From NCBI GenBank assembly GCA_030704615.1, contig CM060732.1:82956001-83020000 (forward strand): a DNA stretch of 64,000 bases, written 5' to 3'. Positions 1-12,900 of this stretch are shown piece by piece. A program made the translations under genes and the position numbers. The notes below the pieces were generated by a model. It worked only from the letters and a program-made list of their open reading frames with translations, searched no databases and was not told the origin of the DNA. Source of the DNA: Takakia lepidozioides. Taxonomy: Eukaryota; Plantae; Bryophyta. Numbering within the stretch: position 1 is the first letter of the stretch; the number at the start of each line of letters is the position of its first letter.

Positions 1-502
1 GTCCACCTCTATGAGAAAGCAAATAAGCTACCTTTCGACAAAAAGAGGCTCCAAAACAATGGAGAAGTCTAGCCGTCATCCACTGACAGTTTGGGTGACT
101 TGGACAAGACCACGAGTTTCCAAACCACTTCATAAGTAGACTGCACGGGACCTCCGGAAGGAACAGGGGGCAAAAGGACAAAACTGACCCTGACTTCACC
201 TAGGTGCAAATCAGAATGTTTGTGCACATGATATGGTGGGTGACCAACCACAATTTTACTAACCCCTTTTCAGCAGAGCGGAGACTCTAATTTGCGGGTC
301 ACTCATGCACCCTGATTGAACAAAGATCATAAGGCTGTAGATGAGCCAACCAAAGAACAAGGGATTGTTGGGAACATAGGATGCAGGAATTCTGAGTTTT
401 GTTTTCAATTGTCCATAATTGAGTCAATGTATAGAGCTGCAGAGACATGGCACAATCAATAATAGTTTGAAGTAAGGTAAAAATGTGGCTTACAGTACAA
501 AC

Positions 503-3500
503 CTCTGATCCATAAATGGGCTCAGGTCCAGCCACTCCTGGAATGCTACATGGCCGCTCAGCTTGCTCAACCGCCCACGCATGTCCTGTGCAAACCTCTT
601 CAAATGCACAGTCAGTATTGGTGGCGCTTTACTAATGAGAAACCTCTTTGTGGCATCCCGTTTCACCGTGACTTTTGAGGGTTCCTCACCCCCTTTCCGG
701 CTTCGGGATCTCTCTGCCTTCTGAGATTTTGAGCGCGCACCATTTGCGGTGGTGAAATCTCCTGAAAGAAAGGGCACCCCCCCTCTTGGATGCAGATTCG
801 TTCTCTCCAATTGGTCCACATTGTTTGGTATACTGGGAACCACTGCATCTGTGTCTGACTTCAGAGTGTTTTCCAGCCTAATACCATTTGAAATTGACTC
901 AACAGTGGGAGCTGTAAGAGTGGGAACCATGGCCAGAGAAGTTGCTTTCTCTGAATGCTTCTCCCGTTCAGTTAACTCTGATGAATTTCTCACTGCTCGC
1001 CCAACCTGTGTAGGCATGCCATTGTTTTCATCTTTCAGCAACAGCTCCCTTTTGCTGGCTCTCTCCTGCCGATATCCTAGAACTAGCCCAATCGCATCAT
1101 CAGCAGCCTTTTTCACTTTTGATTTTTCGTCATCCGGTTGGACTAAGCAACAACCCTCTCTCGCATCTTCAGCAGATGCATTTTCTGAGGTCAACGGAAC
1201 CTCCACCAGTTCCCAAGAATCATGCACCTGCTCACCCGCTCCACCATTTCTAGAACCAATCCCATCTCCCCTGTTTTTCACTCCTGTTGCCTCTGCCTCA
1301 CAATCAGGGAGGATTTCTTCTGCTGGAGGTTGACAGCCAGTTGTTTGTCCACTGTCAATGAGTGATGTGGCCGAACTATTCCTGACTGTAACCCCATCTG
1401 CTAAGTCCTCCCAATCATTTGTGACAGCTTTGCACAAGGCATTCTCCTTACGTCCATTTCCCTTCGACTTGCTAGACCCAGCCTTTGCATCCCCCCGTGG
1501 CTTCCCATCCTTCCCTCCAGCACTGACTGTTGCCTGACTAGGAGTTGAGCAACTTGCTATCTCTCCTTTGGAAGACTTTCTTCTTGAGCATTCATTGGCT
1601 TTCCCATCTGAAATATCTTCACCCAGATTCCGAGTTGACAAATTCATCCCGCTTCCAAATGCTTTTTCCAGTCCTATCGCACTATTACAAGGCCACATGC
1701 CACCACTGATCTCTGGCAACTTCTCCATTACAATTTGCATATCACCCTTATGATGATCAAGTACTTCTGATGTCACAATCAGATCAGCCCCACCGCTCTC
1801 ATCAGCAAGGCTTTTATTTGTAGGTTGATGTTGTGCATTTAACACAGATTCTTGACTTGTAGAATCCACACCCAGGAGAAGGAGGTCTGCTTGATTTGAA
1901 CCTGCCATCTTATCTTGCAACTGACGAGAGCATTTCTCACATTCCCAACCATTGTCCCCTGACAGAAGCTCTGCTCCTGTGAAGTCTAACAGACATCCCT
2001 CCAGTGACATGGTGGAGAACATTCCCTCTTCCCCATCATCTTCCTCCCTCAAACCTAGCCCCCCACCGTTGCTAGTGAAAATAAACTCTTCTCTTTTCCC
2101 CCTGTTGCTTGCAGATGTCTTAAGCTCCAAATAATTATCAGAACCATCCATGTGCATCAAGGAGCCGCTTGCTTCCCGTCTCATGCCCCCTACTTCCCTT
2201 GCAGTAAACACACTTGCCTCTTTTCCTTCAGCAGAGCTACCCTCCTCAAACAGATCGCCAATTCCAAAATCAGGTAGATTATTTTCAGACTTCACACTCG
2301 TTGCCGATTTATCTTTAGGATTGATATTTCTCCCAATTCCGCTACTAGTACCATCTGAATGCAACTCCTTGGCAGACACATCTCCCTCCAAGCACTTGCC
2401 TCTGATGCTTGCACCATTCAGCCCTTTCTCCATCACTGGGAGCTTATCATAGCCTCTCAAGTCCCCTAATAACAACGACGAGGGCCTTGAAGTCATTGTA
2501 TGATGTTGATCTTCCTCTCCCTCTCTAATCCAGATATTGGTCTCATTTGTAGGGCAGGGGCTAGGCCCATATACAACCTCCTCTTCTGCGACACTTGCCC
2601 AACTTTCAGTGCCATTTAGACCGCAACCTTCTCCAGCTGACCCATATGACTCTGCAAGCATGGAGTAGTCAATACCTTGGAAATTGCCTACTGTTTGCTC
2701 CATGTTTGGTTCAATTTCTACTACTGTTAAACCATTCTTACTGCAATCAATGCTCTGTGCTTCAGTTGGCTCAGCCTCAGCAATGGGACTTGAAAGGCTT
2801 GTCACAGGGCAGGTTTCACCAGGGGAGGAAGATAACCCTCCAAGCACTAGCAACTCAGTAGGCTCATCAGAACCCAACTCTGCATTAGAGTCAATGAAAT
2901 CCATCCATGATCCTTCGGCTTCATCTACAGGCTGAAGGTCGTCCTCCTGCACATTCGAGGAGTTCCTGTTGCTATCGGCAGTGACACATATCACACTTGA
3001 GAGGGATGCTTGAGATGTATGATCCTCTGTGCCATTTCCACTCCCTGACTTGGAGGGAGCTGGATCTATGGTATGTGCCTTTATCCAGCCATTGTCATCA
3101 CTGTCATCATTATGCTCATAAGAGGAGTTGGCTATCCTGTCCATTGGACCATATGGAAGACAAATCACTGCTGGACTCGGGTACTGAGTCTCTTCACCAC
3201 CAGAACCCCACGAATTCAAAGTATCTGTCACTCCATTGACTGTCTTTACCTTTTCGGGTGCGTCCAGACCCTTTGCTCCCTTTCCTAGTGCCTGCCCTCT
3301 TTGACTCCGCATTGCAGAAACTGATAATGGCACCTGTTCCCTGCGTGAAATGCCTTTCTTGCCTGGCTGCTTTGAAGGAATTGGCAGGGATAAGTCAAGA
3401 AAGGGCTCGTAGACAACAGATGAATGTTCGCACTCACAGGAACTCACAGTACTTGCAAGCTGCCCACCGAAGACCTGCTCAACAAATGTTTCAGGTTTCT

Positions 3501-4950
3501 TTTTCTCAATTTCCACTCCTGCTTTGTCCTTGAGGCCATCTTGTAAATTCCCACCTGCTTTGTCTCTGAGAAGTGCATCTGGCTCCCCAACCATTGCCAA
3601 CTGACTCAACCCGCCACTTCTTCCAGAACTAGTCCCCTTCCGCAAGCTTTCTTCTTCTGTGTGCAAGCCATCCAGCAAACACCTCAGCAGCTCATGGCTG
3701 TCTTGTTGCTGGAAACCTTTGAAACGTGGAGCCTTCATGGAGATTGCACCAAACAGACCTCTGGGAGTGTATGCACTTCCTATATTGCCGCCAAACGACC
3801 GTGACCTGGTGCTCCTTCTTAACCCACTCAAGACTGTGGGGTCATGGGCAGCTTGGCCAGCGCTGTCAGCAAGTTCATCACTCTTGTCCAGAGGCAAGGG
3901 ATCAATCTCCTGATAGAACTTTCTGAGTGCGGCTGTCAGGGGACCTTCTCGTACGGGGGCCTCCACACTGAAATGCTCCCGAAGTAGATCCACACCCAGC
4001 AAATTTTGCATCACAGAGTTGAAAAAACAGGTGTTGCCCAGGTTCATCAACCCTCTAATCACTCGTCTACTTTTCACGGGCTCAAACGCCACTTCGGCAG
4101 CTAAAGTACTACTCATGTCCGTGGTTTCATCAGGTTTAGATTCAGATGCCCCCTCACCAACAGAGGCCTCCGTCTTAAAATTCCCAGTTTCAGCAGATAA
4201 CTTTTCTTGCACCAGATTTGCTACTTGTTGCAGCAATTGCAGTTTCGAGGGTGTGGCCTCCCCTGCCTCTGACGGAACTGTCCCATCAGTCTCATGCGAG
4301 TTTTCCTCTCGACCATTAGCACTGTAACTGACAGCGACCTTGCAAACCAAGCAACAACAGGCCAGATTGTCCCCGCACTGCATTACCAGGGGATGATCCC
4401 ATTGCCGCGAGTGCTGCCACGCATGTGACACACCAATCCGCTTGATTGAAGGGGCCTCCATCTTCTCGCCGTCGTCCTTGTCATCGGATTGCTGGGACAA
4501 TTGGTTGGCACAAAGGATCGCCCCACAACCAATCTGACCACAAAACAGACAAACCCACAGTTTGTGACCTGACCCCTCGGGCGGAGACTGGCATCCACCC
4601 TTCTTCTTCACAACTTTGCCCTTCCCTTTCTTCTCCTTCTGAATTGGAGAACGAACTTTCCCAACACAGTCATGGCACTGCGAGAGTGCTCCTTTGGAAA
4701 GCTGAACACGCACTTTGTCTACGTTTATCCAATTCTGCAAATGCTTACAACCTGCGTAGTCACTGCTAGGCCTCACCGCTCCGATCCCTGCCTCATCTTC
4801 ATCTCCACCCTCAGGCATCCCCCCTCCATTTAAAGTGGCCAATTGATTCGACAGCATATTCAAAGGCATGGTCACACCAGCGCTTGCCGCCGTTTTCTGC
4901 AGCACACTCGGTAACCCTACGCTGCGTTTTCTCTTCCCCTTTTTGCCCAT
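503..4950 (-). CDS. UBP2: Ubiquitin-specific protease, UBP1/UBP2 (USP16/45-like) with N-terminal ZnF-UBP; first giant exon only, gene continues beyond window start
   Basis: 1519-codon ORF; likely ATG at 4950 (MGKKGKRKR; the ORF track start at 5049 is GTG). ZnF-UBP (CKH..LWVCLFCGQIGCG..SHAWQH), Cys box GLMNLGNTCFFNSVMQNL, QQDSHELLRCLLD, EPFLDLSLPIP, WECEKC, PPILTVHLKRF. Donor AG|GT at 503/502; His box not in window. Confidence 0.92.
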
Positions 4951-6943
4951 CGCTTGTCCCCTATCCCAATGCTGCCCTCCAAAGCAGATCAGTACTCTCT
5001 CAGATTTCTGTGAAATCTGAAATGTGATCAGATTTTGAAGAGAGGGCACGGAAACGATGCAGCTCGCTATGGCCCTAGTGATCCTTCGCAGTGGCCCAAG
5101 CCCTCGGCAGAAGGGAGACGCCGGAAAGCGGTGGGTTGGCAGCCTCTTCTCTCTCCCTACTGCACCGCGCGGCTAACCGTGCGGCGCCATCCCGACCTCC
5201 GCGGAATGTCCTTCAACCGCGCAGTCGACTTCGCGGTTGGTACAGTGATCTGCATGGATCAATGTCTGCCTGCGTGGCAAATTCACCGCACGTGGTACCT
5301 TGAAAATTACTAATAAAAAATGATTAAAGACAGTGTTTTGTTTTTCAAATTTGGAAAATAACAGGAGTGGCTACTGAGTTTTGCAGGAAATAGCCATATT
5401 TTCAGTTCATCCACTTAAGTTTGGACAGAATCATCCTCATCTGTACTTTCATCCATGTATATCATCCACTCTAGGCGAATTCATCCTCAGTTTTTTTTTT
5501 TTTTGGAGATTTCATCCATGAGAAAATAGGGAATTTACGAATTTACGACAGATGCGATTTGTTTTTGTTGTTTTTCTTAAAAACTTTCGCCAGAAATAAA
5601 GAACAATTTAGAAGATCGTACGTCGGCCTCGTAGTTATTCTCATCGCACAGACCGCATTGCAGTCTCTTTCTCGCATTCTCGAAACGTGAACAACTGTGT
5701 CATCTGCCCTAATCTGACAGGCAGGAGATTTGTGCTGCAGGGCCATGCACGCGTGGCGATGGTGCCACCGATGAGGCTGTCACGCTAACTTTGCGGAAGA
5801 AGGACTTGTACTAGAGTTACGGCACTTTTAAGTGGAAATTTCTGATTTTCTCATGCAATTCCGCGGAGAGGAAGCTGCTGACTGGCTATTGATAGTTATG
5901 AGGAGGTTGTCAGTGTAGAAGGTTGCATTTGGCTACAGATCCGATGGAAGCGCATTGGGAGCGATCTTGGAGTTTCTTGCTGGAAGCTGCCCGTTTGTCG
6001 TTGAAGATCAGCGTTAGTTAGTAGCTTGCCTGTTCTTTTCACGTTGAAGCGGGCCGGGGCCTTTGTCTCTGGATATCGGAGTATATTGTAATCTGTAGCT
6101 TGTTATATTCGAATCTGGAATAATTGAAAACCGCAGTTCCGTGTTTGTTTGGTTAATGTCAGTAGCCGCCGTATGTAATTGAAGATTCTTGTCCTGAAAT
6201 TGATTGAACCCGTACATGTACGAAGAGTTGTGGAGTCGTGGGGAAGAATTGACGTGCCGCAAGCAATCGAGCTACAGTTTTTAGCTAGATTCCTCACTTT
6301 GTGTCAAGCAACTGTGCACTCGAAGTTTCTGTGAGAGAATGTGGGAATGCTACATACGAGCTTGTAAGATTTAAGGTCTGATTGTAGGCTACCTTTTATT
6401 TCTTGAAGTGGAGCCTAGATCTGCACATTTATGTATTGTTGGAAGCGAGGTCAGTTCCTTGTTTCTAGGTGGCCTGAATTCAGAGTATGATCCATTTCCG
6501 GTGTGAGATGAAGTTGCAAATACGTTTCTTGTTGGTCGTTTTGCAATTGTAGGAACTCTTTGCTTCTCATGACCAAGCAAGCTGCTTGAAACTGTACTAA
6601 AGTACGCTCGTGAGAAGGTGGCTTCCAAATTTGAAATTCAATCGTCCTGTCACTGTGAGCAAAATTAAATTCTGTGTGTTGCTGAGCGACACTTCATCGA
6701 ACATCTCCTTGTAATAGCTTCAGGATGTTTCAAGGAACATGAGTGAAAGCTTTAAGGTAAGACACCTTTCAGAAAGAGAGGGACATTGAGAAAGAACGAA
6801 ACCGTATAACGTCCACGGGCCCCGAGGGTTCAGGTGAAAAACTAGAGAGAGAGACAGAGGTTCTTCAGCTTGCTGCTTTTGTAAGGGAGGGAGGGCGGCA
6901 CGTTGCAAAGTGTTTCTTGAAAACGAGCTCAGAATTGAGAGCG

Positions 6944-9900
6944 ATGGGAACTTGGAAACTGCATTGTTTTCTGCTTGCTCTGGTGTACGCTTGGTTGCGA
7001 GTGGTGCCGACGCAAGCACAGACAGTTGCTCTCAATGTGGATGGAAGTCATCCTGGTCGCCAGCTTCCGCCCTCACTTTTTGGAATATTTTTCGAGGTAA
7101 TACGAAATTTGCACATTTGTCGTGAGATTGAAGCTGGGGGTTCACTTTTTGCAGAAGTGGGGTTGCTGCGAGAAGTGTGCAATCTGCGAAGATAACCATG
7201 TATGACTTATTTCTAAGGTGTCTTCGTCTTTTGTTGTCCTTGGATCAATCTGACGTAGTCTTATTCTAAAGTAGCTAAGAGGGTTGGAGCTGCATGTTTT
7301 CTGAGCCTTTGGAAGAGCAAGGCATTGCTCTGTGGGGTCTAGTGTAGAAATCATGTGATTGGGGAATTGACAGGAAAAAATACAGCATTCACAGAGACGA
7401 GCTGAAATGCTCATGTGTTGCAGACCGACTAGACTGGATAATGACAGCCATGTTTGCACCAGAGTAGCAGATTAACCATATTCCTCCTCAAGTCCGTGGT
7501 ACCTGTGGAGCCAGAACTTGAGTTGATTACTGATTGGAATCCCTTAATGTCATATCTGCACAGGAGATCAATCATGCAGGAAATGGTGGCATCTGGGCAG
7601 AGCTTGTACAAAACCGCGGTAGTTTCTTTTTCACCCTCTTAACTTCAAATGCATTGTAGCAGCCAAAATGCAAGCTCTAGCTGATTATGCATTGATCAGG
7701 TAGAGGTTTGTTTTGGTTGTTTTACTCGCTGGGATTCTTCAGCGGTGAAGCTTTTCTAGTAAAGGAGTATCTTGTGTCTCTACAATGTGCACTGTCTTAC
7801 ACTAGTAAAATGTTTCAGGATTTGAGGCTGGGGGCCAAAATACTCCTTCAAACATAGCCCCATGGTACCCAGTGGGTAATGAAGCACAAGTTTGGCTTGA
7901 GACAGACCGATCATCCTGTTTTGACTGCAACCCAATTGCATTGCGAGTGGAAATCCTTTGTGAGACCAATGATGAAAACAAGTGTCCAGATGGAGGCGTT
8001 GGTGTGTCAAACCCTGGCTTCTGGGGAATGGTAATTTTTTTTGAAGTGTTTTGCATTTACACTTTGCGATGTATTCAAGGAGAAAGTGAGACCAACATGG
8101 CACTAAAATGCGGGTTTGCTGGTTATCAAGCTCTTTATAGAAGAAAGTTTGGCTACCTGTGATTGTGTACTGGGTATTTGAGAGAGCCCCATTGTACCCA
8201 TACGGAGTTCTTGTGCTTCAATGTCAACTCTACTGGGAATAAGTTATGTTAGTTTTTGCTTCAGTTTGTTCAGTACTAAGTTGGGAATGTAACATGGATG
8301 TGCGCAGGCTATTGTTCAGAAACATTACATGCAGTGAATTTGATTTGTTGTGCCTAGCCCGTATCCTTTGAAATTTGCTGCAAAAGATTTCCTTCCTGCG
8401 GAGGGAGTGTCAGTTTTGTGTCTTCCTCAGGATGTCCATAATTGCACATTGTTTTGTTGTTGAAATCATCCATCTGCAACTTCATCCCACCATAAAATTG
8501 TGATCATGTCTCTGTTATTGTGATCTGAAGGACATTCGTGCTTGGGAGACGTACCACGTGGAGTTTTGGTTGCGGTCTACAGGCTCAGTAAATCTTTCTA
8601 TTGCTTTCACATCTGCAGACAGCCTCCGAGTTTTAGCACAAAAGTATTTAACGTGAGTCTTCATTCAGATCTATTCATATTCTGATTTAAAGTGTCTGTG
8701 TACAATTGGTCTGGTTTCCTCTAGGCAATCACTTCTGAGAGGAACTGATGGAAAAAGGACACTGGTGAAGGAGGTTACCAGAAAGCGATAGTGAAGTTGA
8801 TCTTATTGTGGTTGCTTGGCAAGTACCTTGCTTCCTGATCTCTGAAAAATAGTGGACAACGGTGATTGCTAGTGTGGAGGCAGCAATGGGCCAGAGCTGG
8901 CAGAAGCAGGAGCTTGTGCTGGAAGCTACAGCCACTGATCACCAAGCTAGGCTTACCCTAACAAGTAGCAACAATGGCGTGTTTTGGTTGGATCAGGTTT
9001 CAGCCATGCCTACAGATACTTTCAAGGTAAGTATGACCATGTGTAGGCATTGATATACTGTAAATGAGCATCCTCATTCTTTGTGAGTTCTTATGTATGT
9101 TATATTGATTTCGGAAAATCGTTGTCCATTGATTGATACCCGCAAGGCTGAAAACAAAAGATGTAACCACTTTGGCAAACTTGACATGCCCTGGTCAAAG
9201 ATAGTGGCCTGATACACTGTGCATGGGTTCTAAAGGCAATAATGGACCATAGAAACCAATTGTAGACTGAGGGGATGGACTGTTCAATATTGCACTGATG
9301 GATAGAAGGAAGCCAATTTATTGAAGGAAGAGAGATCCTTTGGTAGCTAAATTTCCCTCTTATTTTACAATATGTTTTTGTGATTTTATCTAGGGTCATG
9401 GATTTCGCAAGGAGCTTGCACTCATGCTTGATGAACTGAAACCTGGTTTCATACGCTTTCCAGGTACCAATGCTGAGATATGCAAGTATCAAAGTAGTTG
9501 GTCAATGTATGATGGTTCAGGCACCTCGTGTTTCCACCAAAACTATGTTGGAGAGCTTAAGATTACATGCAAATTTTTGACCACAAATGCTAGCAGGACC
9601 CACAGAGCATTTTCCTTTCTACATGATGATCCAACTATTGTCGAATTCTGTACCTAATAGTCATCCAGACTCTCTTCAGGTTGGTTGATAAGCAGATACC
9701 AACTCTGTTATGGAGCAGGCAGATTGGTCTGGGTAATATGGGCAGCATGAACTCATGAAGTTATCTTGATGGAACCTGTTTTGTTGGGGATTTTACTGTC
9801 ATGTAATGGCCTTGAGGCTTTGAGAGGGCACTGGTGCACTCTTGCTGATGTGCAAAGAGGAGTTTTAGGGTCTCCAAATGAAACTGTATGACCATTATCC

Positions 9901-12900
9901 ATTCAAGGGGACTGGAGGTTCAGAGGCTGGGGGGATCTCAAAGGGAATGCTATTAGCCTCCCTCCAGTTTACAGCAACATTGATACTTCCACTGCTAAAG
10001 CCCATACTTGAAGAATGGCTTGAGGCTCACTTAAACATTTTGGGAACTTCTTTCTATCTCCTGAACAACCCCTTGTGTGTGGCTACCTGTTGGCTTCCTT
10101 AGAGACTGCATCCAAGGGACTGTTCCTTATGTGGCCAAAGTGATAGATTCTGTGCTCCAATCCTCTGAAACGGGTGGACCAAACACCAGGAAAATAGCTT
10201 GGAAGAAGGACTCAGTTGCTTTTCATGTCCCCCTAAAGGTGGGTGTTACGTGGAGGGGGAGCGGCTAACAAATGCTTGGCGCTGGCGCCAATCTGTTGGC
10301 CCATATGAGGAACGCCCAGGACATTATGGTGATGTGTGGAACTACTGGTCGGATGATGGATTTGGCTACTTTGAGGGCCTTCAGGTCTTGGTTACTTTCC
10401 ATTGCCTGCCATGCCTGCCCTTTCAAGTTCTTATTTTCAGAATTTTCTTCTGTCTTCGTTTCAGTTTTTCCGTTTTCCATAATCATATCATGCAGTCAAC
10501 TAGTTTGTTTGTATGTTGCCAGGTGCTGTCCATCCACTGCATCTGTAACTATTGTCCAATCCTATCCAACAAACCCCACCATTGCCTCCCCCTTTTTTAA
10601 TTTTTTTCCCTGTTTACTGTCTCTCTTCAATCTTGATACATCAACGGACTGTGAGCTTGGAAATGTGTAGCTGGCGGAGGACCTGGGAGCGTTGCCAGTG
10701 TGGGTCTTCAACAATGGTATGATAAGCTTTTCCTTCTCTTTGGCTGGATCTTCTTATTGATTCAAAACAGCCCTGATGAACTGGAGTATATTTCAATGGC
10801 TTATAATGCTCCCATTAGTTCTTCTGAGATTGTGGAAGCAATTGAACATTTAAATGGATATAAAGCTGGTGGACCTGATGGTATTGTCAACGAGCTTATC
10901 AAGCACGGTGGCGATCCCATGATAGAGGCCCTAGTTCTCCTCTTTAACCTTATCTGGAAGACTGAAATGATCCCCTCTCCCAAAGATCAAAGTATCTCTT
11001 CGCGCAATCAATCAACTCCTGGAGATTGGTTGGAGTCTCCCCTATGCCTGCGAAGTCATCCGCAAACATAAGGGCTGGTATGGTGGTATCACCCACCCTT
11101 AACCCAAATCCCTCACTTTCCACATCCTCGAGGAGTTGATTGATGAAAACATTGAAGAGCAGAGGGTAAAGCCAGCTTGGCCTTCGTGGAAACAACCTCT
11201 AGACTCCAGATCAACCTCGAGACGAGTACTTATAACTCTGCAGAATGTCTTGCCAACAGCATTGAGGAGCGTGATGCCACGGTAGTTCCCCGGTTCTTCT
11301 CTGTCACCCTTCTTGTATAGATTGACAATGACCCCCTGTCGCCACAACAGATGTGTGCCTAATTTGTTTGGACACATGTTTGGATGGTCCATAGCATGCA
11401 GATCCATTCTACACATTTACAGTAAAGTTACCAAGTAGTATGGTTTCCAGTCCCCTTCCTGCCCCCTCCCCCCATGACATGGATAGATCACATTACTTTT
11501 TGCCTGTGAATGCATTGGTGACTAGGAGGGCCAAGTTCACTAGAAGAGCCCACATTATAGAAAAGGATGCTTCTTATTATACCACGTTGTTCTTGTTTCT
11601 ATTCTGTGCCGAGTAAATTTTTCAGTGTCTGAAAAACCAAGAGAGAAGAAAAATTAAGGTTGTACCAGCTTTCAGTGATCTGCCCTGTTCCCTCTACCAT
11701 CTTCCCTCTTTCATTCCATGTTGACAGCGAAAATAGCATTTTTCTAATATGCTCCATACTGTAGTATTGTAGTAATATCTCATATGAATGCTCCAGCTTG
11801 GTGGGACCAGTAAAAACAACCAATATTGATTTGGGTCTAGTCAAATCCATCTATTATCCTGACCATAAATATGGGGGAATACATGCAGGCATCAGTCACA
11901 CAGAGTCAGTGTCACCAGCCTTGATAGGACCCTACGTTAAGGTACTTGCGACTGCTGCTCTATTAAAAAGATGTGTAAGACTCTATTGATCTTGTTGATC
12001 ATGGTATTGTTTTGACCCCATTGCAAATGTCTTCCACCAAACCAGAATCAAATTCCTAACCATCTCAACCTTTGGTAGACATTACTGCATATGACAAGGA
12101 TTTCGGTTTTGTTTCAGGATGTTCTGGATGGTATCGAATTTGCACGGGGGCCTGTGTCATCAACTTGGGGTGCGCTACGTGCACAGATGGGCCACCCGGA
12201 CCCCTTCCAGCTGCATTACATAGCAATCGGGAACGAAGATTGCTGGAAACCAAATTACCGAGGTGAGGCCCGTCCAGTTGTCACTGGCCAAGTCACTTCT
12301 GCTACTACATCACCATCTAAACTTGAAGTGCCTTCCCTGTGTGCTAGGTAATTATTTGAAGTTCTACACAGCGATTAAATCAAACTATCCTGATATCCAG
12401 CTTATCTCCAATTGCGATGGTTCGAACTCACCCCTTGATCATCCGGCTGACTTGTACGACTACCATGTAAGCTCCATCTCTATTATTATGTTGCTGATAG
12501 ATTGAAGGATATTAATGGCAGCAATTCAAATATACCACATTTTTGATGTTTTACCCATTGGAATCTGCACCTTCATATTGAGGGACATGACTTGAACTTA
12601 TCTCTTGTCTGTTTCTTAGGATATACTTGAGGACATGATCAATAGTGCATTCCTGCTTGCAAGGGTATTGAGTAGATCTTTGAAATGGTGACAGGTTTAT
12701 ACATCAGCCAACAACCTCTTTGCCATGAGACGTCAATTTGACTACACATCAAGGGTTGGTCCCAAGGTACTGTTACTGAGTTCACCAGATGGGTTCTCCA
12801 TCTGGTTATGAAAAGTTATAGCTCCACACAGAAATGAAATGGTGCTTTATAACGTCCGCGGAAAGCTCATAGAGCTTATGGGACAAAATGGAAGAAAACA

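Noticed and set aside
749-4769. Many + strand ORFs of up to 194 aa
   Set aside because: Antisense shadows of the UBP exon; no independent motifs.
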